DNA of 64,000 nt from Candidatus Wildermuthbacteria bacterium (lineage in GTDB: Bacteria; Patescibacteriota; Minisyncoccia; Minisyncoccales; UBA10102): positions 6,138-70,137 of the forward strand of contig JACQMR010000014.1 of assembly GCA_016203455.1 (NCBI GenBank), in the 5' to 3' direction. The position numbers were made by a program, and so were the translations under genes. The notes below the pieces were generated by a model. It saw only the letters and a program-made list of their open reading frames with translations, had not been told where the DNA came from and searched no databases. Shown one piece after another: positions 56,507 to 64,000 of this stretch. How positions within the stretch are numbered: position 1 is the stretch's first letter; each line of letters opens with the position of its first letter.

Positions 56507-57433
56507 ATGGAATATATTATTGTAGGAACGGTGTTTTTGTTTGGTCTTGCCGCAGGGAGTTTTTTGAACGCGTTTTTGTACAGAATGGCGCTGGCGGACG
56601 GGTTAGAAAATGGCCCGAAAGACGCAGAAACGAGCATATCAAAAGGCAGATCGTATTGTCCCAAGTGCGGGCACAAGCTTTCCTGGCAAAACCTTATTCC
56701 CCTTGTAAGTTTTGTTTTGCTGGGCGGGAAATGCGGACATTGCAAAAAACCAGTTTCTTTTCAGTACCCTTTGGTTGAATTGGCCGTTGGCCTGGTATTC
56801 CTGCTTGCTTGGTATCTTGCCGCTTCCGGTGAAGTTATCCACACCTTAACGGGGTTAAGGATTGGGTATTTGGCGGCTGTGGGGAGTTTGCTGATTGGGA
56901 TTTTTGTCTATGATTTGAAGCACTTTATTATTCCCGATAAGCTTATTTTCTCCGCGATTGGCCTGGCAGTACTTTGGAGAATCTTTGAGTTTTTGTTTGC
57001 CCTGACCAGCGTGGAAGGGTGGCTTGAACCCTGGGATTTCATTAGAAATTTTGAATTAGGAATTAGAAATTCCGCCCTTTTTATAAATCCATTGGCAAGC
57101 GCTTTGGGAGCGTCCTTTTTCTTTCTTTCTATCTATGTTTTGTCAAAAGGGCGGGCTATGGGCTTTGGCGATGTAAAGCTGGCGTTTTTCATGGGTCTGT
57201 TTTTGGGCTGGCCGAATATCCTTGTCGCTTTATTTTTTGCCTTTTTCTTGGGCGCTGTGGCCGGTGTTTTTCTGATACTGCAAAAAAAGAAGGGCTGGAG
57301 ATCGCAAGTTCCTTTTGGCCCGTTTCTCGTAGCGGGCGTTCTTTTCGCGCTGCTGTTTGGGGATACACTCGCGCGTTTATATCTTTCCTTGATTGGCTGG
57401 CAGGTGTATAATGATGTAATAATAATTTTATAA
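56507..57433 (+). CDS. pilD: Prepilin peptidase
   Basis: GSFLN, RSYCPKC...GKCGHC, YDLKH, GFGDVKL and VPFGPFL motifs. Confidence 0.93.
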   Translation: MEYIIVGTVFLFGLAAGSFLNAFLYRMALADGLENGPKDAETSISKGRSYCPKCGHKLSWQNLIPLVSFVLLGGKCGHCKKPVSFQYPLVELAVGLVFLLAWYLAASGEVIHTLTGLRIGYLAAVGSLLIGIFVYDLKHFIIPDKLIFSAIGLAVLWRIFEFLFALTSVEGWLEPWDFIRNFELGIRNSALFINPLASALGASFFFLSIYVLSKGRAMGFGDVKLAFFMGLFLGWPNILVALFFAFFLGAVAGVFLILQKKKGWRSQVPFGPFLVAGVLFALLFGDTLARLYLSLIGWQVYNDVIIIL

Positions 57434-57442
57434 CCAATTTGT

Positions 57443-57907
57443 ATGTTTAGCATGGAAAAATCGGGTTCTTCAAAGATGATTATCATGGGAGTTATCGGGG
57501 CGGTGGTTTTATTGGGGGCGGTGTTGTATTTCGCGGGCGGGTCAAAAAAAGTTGGGCAGACAGCAACGCCGCCGGCGAGCCAGACCGCCGTTCCTCCGGT
57601 TGAGGTTCGCAGTATCGCGGGGCGCGTAACCGCCGTGGATGCCGCGGCAAAATCGTTTACCTTGCTTCAGGCAAGAGAAAAAAGGGAGATAAAGATTCAG
57701 CTTGGGGAAGCCACAAATTTTGTGCGCCTGGTATTTCCGTTTGACATAGCAAATCCTCCGGCAGACGCCACCTTTACTCCGGAACGCCAGCAGGTAACAA
57801 TTGCTAACCTAAAAGTGGGAGACCAGGTGTTTGTAAGAGCCGCCGAAGTCATACAACCTGCAGACAAGGAGGTTGTTGGCCCAACCGAGGTGCAAATCCT
57901 TCCGTAA
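57443..57907 (+). CDS. Membrane-anchored hypothetical protein (OB-fold/DUF5666-like)
   Basis: N-terminal TM; GRVTAVD...LKVGDQV. Confidence 0.6.
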   Translation: MFSMEKSGSSKMIIMGVIGAVVLLGAVLYFAGGSKKVGQTATPPASQTAVPPVEVRSIAGRVTAVDAAAKSFTLLQAREKREIKIQLGEATNFVRLVFPFDIANPPADATFTPERQQVTIANLKVGDQVFVRAAEVIQPADKEVVGPTEVQILP

Positions 57908-57933
57908 GGAAGGATGCCGTAAGGAAGGATGCC
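57902..57933 (+). repeat. 15-bp tandem duplication spanning a stop codon
   Basis: CCGTAAGGAAGGATG x2. Confidence 0.8.
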
Positions 57934-57951
57934 TTGATTATATGAGGTTGC

Positions 57952-60900
57952 ATGGTTAAACAGAAAGAAGCATTGAGAAAATACACGAACGGTTATCGCG
58001 TTGTTTTTGCGTTTTTCTTTGCCGCGGCAATGTTTTTTGGATTGTCTGTAAATATTGCATGGGCTAGTCAGGCGTTTACCATCACTCCAGATGAATCAAG
58101 TTATGACTATAGGGATGTAGTGCTCGGCAATATGAGTATTCATAGTTATACCATAAGAAACGATGGATCGGGCGAGTGGTTGGGCGGAGAACTTGAGTTT
58201 TCGCCGAGCGGCGCAGGAGCGTTTTATTGCACAACAGGATTGGGGCATGACTGCGGCCGCTACGATCTTTTTGGTGGCGGTTCCTCCAAGACCTATGATA
58301 TAGTATTTTATCCTGACCCGGAGCGCTTGGTGGCAACGAGTTATTCGGGTTCCCTCACATTTACGAGTGAAGCTGTGGCAGGTACTCCAGACCATGTTGT
58401 GAATTTAAGAGGAAGAGGCATACTTGATACCGTTGCTCCTTCATTTAGCGTTACGAGTATTGGAGGAGATGTTGATACCCCTTATTCTACTACCGCTACA
58501 AAACCCGCATTTATATTTACGACCAACGAGGAGGCAAATTGCAGGTATTCCAGCGCCGATAGCCCTTATGATTCCATGTCTTTTCAGTGCGAAATTGGTG
58601 AAGGCACCGCATCTCACACATGCAATGGAAATTCGGGAGGGCTAAGCTATGGTATTGGATCTAATAGCGTGCATATTTCTTGTGCGGACATGGCCGGCAA
58701 TAAACATACCGGCGCAACGAATATGAGCATTGACTTTAATGTTGTTGAAGCGGCTGATACCACTCCTCCCGGAAAACCCGGTCCCCCATCCGCAACAACC
58801 CCAACTAACAATAATATGCCTACATGGAGCTGGACCGCTCCCGCAGGGGATCCCGTGTCTTATCTAATTTATTGGGATACTGTTGCCGGCGGCGGCGCAA
58901 CAGGAGCTTCTACGAACACTAATTCATACACTCATACCACCGCTCTAGCTGATGGAACTTGGTATGCGAAAGTGTACGCGTATGACGCGGCAAATAATAT
59001 ATCCGCAGTTTCAGACAACGGATTTGTCGTTATTAACACAAGTGTTTCGCCGCCTCCTCCTCCACCTCCCGCCGGGCCAACGGTTACTGTTTCTGTTTCT
59101 GCGAGTCCTTCATCTGGAACCGCGCCTTTGAACGATGTTGAAATAACCGCGAGCGTGGGGGGGACTGCTACGGGTAACATGACATATCAATTGGATTGTA
59201 GAGATGACGGCAGTTTTGAATACACGAGCGGTAGTCAGTCCGGCGCCTCGTATACTTTTGATGTTGCCGGACAGAAATGTTCTTATGCTTCTAACGGCAC
59301 ATACACTGCCAAGGTTATGGTTACGCGGCAAGGCGTAAGCGGCACGGGGACTACTAACATCACAGTGAGTGCTCCGCCGGTAGTCCCTGTTCTCCCTACG
59401 GCGTTTACATCATTTTCCGCATCGCCAAGCAGTAGCACTGTTGCCGCCAATACAAGCGTAACCTATACCGCGACTGTTAACGGAACTTTGGGATTTAGCG
59501 ATCCTCTTTCGGCTCATAACCAGCGCGCTATTGGAATTAACGATGCGGCTGGACTAGTACAGTGGTGTAGCTCCGGCACTGAATGTTCCGTTACGATAAG
59601 CGGTTCTGCGGTTACAAGAACATTTACCGCGTATTTATATGTTAATGATGAGAACGAGGGTCGCTGGAGACTCTATGCGACTTCATCTTCTCTTTCAACA
59701 ACATGGTCTGCTCCGATATCATGCGGCGCAACATCATCTTCTGCGGCAAGTCCTCTTGATATCACAAATAGGGAGCTGTGTTCAACTACCAACCTTTTGC
59801 AGTATTATTTTGTAAGAGTGCCCGACGACGGCAGGATGTATGATGTGAGATTTGTATTGGTTCCAACCACAGGATCTGATTTTAGTATAAGTTGGGAAAA
59901 TAATGTTGATCCCGCTACTTCATGGAGTGCGGCAGAGAGTACTTCAACGACCTGTAAATCATGGATATCAAGCGATGGAGAAATTTCCACTTGTTCTCGG
60001 AGTGGTCTTGGTGCCGGTGTCTATAAGGCAGTTGCCTATAGGTTTAGTACCGCTGGTTCGTATACAATTAGCGGTTCTGTATCAGCTGTTGCAGATACCA
60101 CTCCCCCTACCGTAACTATTGCCAGAAAAACAGATCAAGTCAATCCAACTAACGGCTCCCCGATTAACTTTACCGCCACCTTTAGCGAGCCGGTCTTTAA
60201 TTTTGTGTCTAGTGATGTGGTTCTCGGCGGTGGCACAGATGAAGATCCGCTCTCGGTTGCGGTTACAACAGGCGATTCTAGAATTTATAATCTAGCTGTT
60301 ACCGGCATGCTAGAGAGCGCGTTAATTACAGTGAAAATTAATGCGAACGCTGTTACTGATGTTGCGGACAACTTAAATACTGTTTCTAATGAAGCATCGG
60401 TGATTTATGATATTGCGAGGCCGGGGGTTGAGCCAATCGTGCAGACAAGCGCGAATGTCGGCGTGCCGATTAATCTTACCGCCGCAGTTTCAGATAGTGG
60501 AGGGTCGGGACTTGGCTCATGCACTTTTTATATTATAGATTCTAGCGGCGCACAGACAACTGATGGCGTAGATATGTCTGCCGTGGGCAATGCCGGCATA
60601 GCATCCCTTGCCTATACTTTTATGGCGCCGGGAGCATATACCGTTTTTGCTTTTTGTCAGGATGTCGCCGGCAATTGGAATGATAGGACTGGAGCAGTAG
60701 ATACGAAGATAGCTGTGACTATGCTCACGCAAATCACCGATTTTCGCATTGACCCCATTGATATTGCGAACGGCGGGAGTGTCGCGGTTTTGGGAGCGTT
60801 GAAAACGAGTCCCGGCGGAGTTGGTATTAGTGAAAAAATATTGGCACTGAAATGCTGGGATGGAAGAACGGATGTTTCCGTGGCCTCGGGCGCTACAAGC

Positions 60901-62415
60901 TTAAACGGCGTGCTTGACGACGGAGATGGGAATGGCAGTATTTCTTGGACTCCGGATATAACCAGATGGCAGGGCAACATATCTTGCAAGCTTGTGTTTG
61001 CGGGAGACGGTTCGTACGCGGCGAGCGAGAGCGAGTTGAAAACGCTCACCGTGTTTCCGGCGTGCGCGAATCCTGATTTTTCCGATTCACATGTTCAGCC
61101 CTATGCCCGAAGTATTTTTGCGATATGGAGTCCTATTTCCGGCGGAGGTGTAACAGAGTATAAGGTGGAATGGAAACAAGCCAGTGAAGCGAGTTGGTCC
61201 CAGTTGCATATTGCCCCAGCCGCCACTTCTTGCGTAACAAGGGAAGACGGCACATCCACATGCGGGTATCTGATCCCCGGACTTACCGAGAATACCGGTT
61301 ACGATGTGCGCGTTCAAAGTATTACAGACAATAATACCGCATGTTATGCTCCCGCGCCTACTCCCCCGAGTGTTTTTGCAAGAACAGTCATATGCGCCAA
61401 GCAAGACGAACCCTTGACCGACTCAATCATGAGCATTGCCGGGAGTTCTTGTACCGCGGTCATCACTCATATTGGCCGTGATGTAACAGACAATTCAGGC
61501 GTTTCGTACTCAAGATTAAACGGTTCGGGGTCTCACGCGACGATTGAGATGGATGATGAGTTGTCTAGCGCGAACGATTGCGATAACGATATTAGATTCA
61601 CAAACAGCTGGACTTCCAGCGCGGGGGTTTTGACGGTTACCTCGGATCTTGATGACAGCGCTTTCTTTGGATTTTTAGGCAGTACAAGCGGAGCGCATAA
61701 CTATAAATATGGGTATAAGATTTCAAGCCCCGACTGCGTTATTCAGAATATTGAGCAAAAGAATGTCGCAGGCGCATGCATAGATGGCCTTGTTACCGAA
61801 TGCGTCGCTCCTACCGGAGTTGGCACGCGCGAGGCGCTGGCTTTGCAGGATTGGCAAAATTGGCTGGGTTCTCCCCGGCTCGTTACTAAATCAGTATACG
61901 ATTTTAGTTTTGTAGGGTGCTTAACTAATGATCAATGCACCGCGGTGCCAGATCAGCAAAAATGCAATAGGAGAGCAGACGGCACTCCGATTGTTGATAC
62001 GCCAAGTTTGCGTCCCAACACATGCATTGACAGCGTGCGCCCGACTTCCACGATTGAATCGGAGACAGCGTTTTTTCCTGCGCCGGGATACGATAGTGTG
62101 CATGACCAGTATTGGTATAAGGCGGGAAGTTATGTGATTGATATTGGAGATGTTGATGATCATGCGAACAATTCTGGCATAGCTAGATGTGAGTATCTGA
62201 TTTATGATGGCCCCACTGTTATACGAGGAGGATCTAGGGACTGCGGTGGAAGTATTGACATTAGTGTGGGTTTTGATGAAACATCCGATTGTATATTGGA
62301 GGGTGTAACGCCACGATGTTTTTTGGCAACTTGGAGCGTTGATAATGCCGGAAATGAGAGTCCGCGTACTAAGACACTTTTCCTTGTTGATCGTACAGTT
62401 CCAACTGCTCAATAG
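57952..62415 (+). CDS. Large secreted multi-domain surface protein (Ig-like, PKD, FN3-like)
   Basis: Signal peptide; repeated DTTPP/D.AGN Ig motifs, PKD-like YASNGTYTAKV, poly-Pro linker; Ser/Thr/Cys-rich. Confidence 0.85.
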   Translation: MVKQKEALRKYTNGYRVVFAFFFAAAMFFGLSVNIAWASQAFTITPDESSYDYRDVVLGNMSIHSYTIRNDGSGEWLGGELEFSPSGAGAFYCTTGLGHDCGRYDLFGGGSSKTYDIVFYPDPERLVATSYSGSLTFTSEAVAGTPDHVVNLRGRGILDTVAPSFSVTSIGGDVDTPYSTTATKPAFIFTTNEEANCRYSSADSPYDSMSFQCEIGEGTASHTCNGNSGGLSYGIGSNSVHISCADMAGNKHTGATNMSIDFNVVEAADTTPPGKPGPPSATTPTNNNMPTWSWTAPAGDPVSYLIYWDTVAGGGATGASTNTNSYTHTTALADGTWYAKVYAYDAANNISAVSDNGFVVINTSVSPPPPPPPAGPTVTVSVSASPSSGTAPLNDVEITASVGGTATGNMTYQLDCRDDGSFEYTSGSQSGASYTFDVAGQKCSYASNGTYTAKVMVTRQGVSGTGTTNITVSAPPVVPVLPTAFTSFSASPSSSTVAANTSVTYTATVNGTLGFSDPLSAHNQRAIGINDAAGLVQWCSSGTECSVTISGSAVTRTFTAYLYVNDENEGRWRLYATSSSLSTTWSAPISCGATSSSAASPLDITNRELCSTTNLLQYYFVRVPDDGRMYDVRFVLVPTTGSDFSISWENNVDPATSWSAAESTSTTCKSWISSDGEISTCSRSGLGAGVYKAVAYRFSTAGSYTISGSVSAVADTTPPTVTIARKTDQVNPTNGSPINFTATFSEPVFNFVSSDVVLGGGTDEDPLSVAVTTGDSRIYNLAVTGMLESALITVKINANAVTDVADNLNTVSNEASVIYDIARPGVEPIVQTSANVGVPINLTAAVSDSGGSGLGSCTFYIIDSSGAQTTDGVDMSAVGNAGIASLAYTFMAPGAYTVFAFCQDVAGNWNDRTGAVDTKIAVTMLTQITDFRIDPIDIANGGSVAVLGALKTSPGGVGISEKILALKCWDGRTDVSVASGATSLNGVLDDGDGNGSISWTPDITRWQGNISCKLVFAGDGSYAASESELKTLTVFPACANPDFSDSHVQPYARSIFAIWSPISGGGVTEYKVEWKQASEASWSQLHIAPAATSCVTREDGTSTCGYLIPGLTENTGYDVRVQSITDNNTACYAPAPTPPSVFARTVICAKQDEPLTDSIMSIAGSSCTAVITHIGRDVTDNSGVSYSRLNGSGSHATIEMDDELSSANDCDNDIRFTNSWTSSAGVLTVTSDLDDSAFFGFLGSTSGAHNYKYGYKISSPDCVIQNIEQKNVAGACIDGLVTECVAPTGVGTREALALQDWQNWLGSPRLVTKSVYDFSFVGCLTNDQCTAVPDQQKCNRRADGTPIVDTPSLRPNTCIDSVRPTSTIESETAFFPAPGYDSVHDQYWYKAGSYVIDIGDVDDHANNSGIARCEYLIYDGPTVIRGGSRDCGGSIDISVGFDETSDCILEGVTPRCFLATWSVDNAGNESPRTKTLFLVDRTVPTAQ

Positions 62416-62427
62416 AAAAGAGCCTTC

Positions 62428-63189
62428 TTACGGAAGGCTCTGCGGGAAATGTAAAATGGCTTTTCGGTATAAGCTATATTGAAAGTCGTATAGGATTATA
62501 ACGATGTTTTTTTCTTGCTGTGTTACCCATATATCAGGGGGGTATCCTGGGCTACTTGTGAAAGGCGTGATTTGGTACCAGGATTCCCCCCCATTCGTTG
62601 AGAGGAAAAGAAAGTCGGATAGCTCTACGCGATCTCCAACTTTCATGTTATTCTTGAAATGGTGAACCGAGAATCCTGCGAGTATAACATTGGGATTCGC
62701 AGGATCCTGGGCCTTGCCAGCCGTGACTGCCCACAGGACGAGGCTTGGGCGGCCATCATATGGACTTATGTCCGGCACGAATAGTGCCGGTTTGATTTTT
62801 TGGAGATAAGCCATGGCTTCAGGCGAGGATCTTGGGTTGTAGGGGTGTCCGAGACCATCCCGGACGAATCCCTTCCCTGCTGGGAGTGTGGGCGGGAGGT
62901 CCGCAATGGACTTGACATAGAACGGCTCGCTCCACTCAACTTTGAGCGGAGTGATAACGGGTTCGGGAGGGATGGTGGGGATTGGAGTATAGATTGGGGC
63001 GACAGGCCCCACTCCCATACTCGGCGGGTTGAGGGGATCGCTCCCCCCGAACCGCGCGATCTGACTCGCGTCTTTCAAGGAAATGGAGAGGAGGGTGGTC
63101 ATGATCCCAAAAAATATAATGACCACCGCTTGGTTCCATATATCATCGATGGCTGGGCGCCATGGACGACTTATGCTTTGTGTGGTCAT
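62428..63189 (-). CDS. Hypothetical membrane-anchored protein with one BNR/Asp-box motif
   Basis: ATG at 63189 with a GAGGTG SD; TM helix, Pro-rich linker, STNGGESW. Confidence 0.6.
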   Translation of the reverse strand: MTTQSISRPWRPAIDDIWNQAVVIIFFGIMTTLLSISLKDASQIARFGGSDPLNPPSMGVGPVAPIYTPIPTIPPEPVITPLKVEWSEPFYVKSIADLPPTLPAGKGFVRDGLGHPYNPRSSPEAMAYLQKIKPALFVPDISPYDGRPSLVLWAVTAGKAQDPANPNVILAGFSVHHFKNNMKVGDRVELSDFLFLSTNGGESWYQITPFTSSPGYPPDIWVTQQEKNIVIILYDFQYSLYRKAILHFPQSLP

Positions 63190-63525
63190 GAGCACCTCAC
63201 CGCCAGGAAGATAGCAATGCAAACGACAGATACGGGGACTGTGTAGAATAGAATCTTTGTGAGTGGCCATTGCGGAGATGGCCACGAGGACGCGGGTGAA
63301 ATCCGTTGCCGTGCCATTTTGGCACCTCCTTTGCCGATTTGCTTGACAAGTCAAGCTACTAATTTGACCGTACTCCTACCCAAAGGACTTGTCAAGTGCT
63401 CTATTTTGTGGTCTGGTAATTTAGTTTTTAGTTTAGACAAACTTGGTCGGGCCCAGTTTGTTCAATTTTGCGCCGGGTTTTTGTTTGCGCGCGCGTGAAT
63501 ACAAGATATAATAAAGTAATTTGCG

Positions 63526-64000
63526 ATGAGAAAGAATGTTGGCGGGACAATGTCGGGGATTTTATTCGCTTTGTGCGTTGGTATTTTTCTATTTGGTTTT
63601 GCTCACGGGGTTTTTGCGGAGACATGCGTTGACGCGCAGGGTTCCGTGAAGAAGGAGGGTTTTACCTGTACAGCGTCATTCGCGGATACGGGCGGCTCTA
63701 ATTTGGCATCTTGCGACTATCGCGTATATGACACGGGCAATGCCCCGTCTGATTGGAGAAGCATAACCGGTTGCAAAGGTTCTTTTGTAGAATTGGATAT
63801 TGATGTTGAAGTTCGTTTGGATTCTTCATACGGTTGTACCGCGACCGGTGATAACGCGTGCACGCTGGAAACGCAGGCAACTGATGTGGCGGGAAACATA
63901 AGCTCCGCGCAGACATTTTTATTTGATATTAATTTAAACACTGCCCCGATCGCGAATAACGATTCATATTCAACAAACGAAGACACCGCGCTAACAGTCG
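63526..64000 (+). CDS. Secreted Ig-like/tandem-95-repeat surface protein, 3'-truncated by the window edge
   Basis: Open frame to the end (not in the ORF track); signal peptide, DVAGN, NTAPIANNDSYSTNEDTALTV. Confidence 0.8.
   Translation, partial: MRKNVGGTMSGILFALCVGIFLFGFAHGVFAETCVDAQGSVKKEGFTCTASFADTGGSNLASCDYRVYDTGNAPSDWRSITGCKGSFVELDIDVEVRLDSSYGCTATGDNACTLETQATDVAGNISSAQTFLFDINLNTAPIANNDSYSTNEDTALTV

Noticed and set aside
47455-57433. Type IV pilus cluster as a novel system
   Set aside because: The pilM-N-O-B-T-C-pilin-pilD organisation is well known and common in this group.

Overview
This looks like chromosomal DNA from a Patescibacteria/CPR (Parcubacteria-like) bacterium. That assignment is inferred from the short ValS, compact S1, tRNA-Ile(UAU) and tRNA-Arg(GCG), VirB2-like pilin array and type IV pilus operon. 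The window opens in the tail of a defence island (type III restriction Res subunit, then a Shedu/DUF4263 nuclease). Housekeeping genes follow: infB, rbfA, an nrdR-nrdJ-pduO-B12 transporter operon, rplS, ftsH, rpsA, gyrA, valS, tsaD and recG, with 16 tRNA genes interspersed. There is also a five-gene pilin-like array, a cassette-like accessory block between two tRNA-Ser genes, a complete type IV pilus cluster and large Ig-like surface proteins. The most striking unexplained structure is a modular hairpin-repeat element fused to the 3' end of all three tRNA-Ser genes and no other tRNA. At one locus a small GIY-YIG nuclease and a cargo gene lie between the repeat units and the shared terminal module, which suggests a tRNA-Ser-targeting, GIY-YIG-associated mobile repeat system. 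Other oddities are palindromic repeats built around DnaA-box 9-mers, REP-like and heptamer repeats inserted in frame in core genes (including a 3x31-nt array in recG), and two candidate structured ncRNAs. All calls come from reading motifs by eye; no database searches were run.
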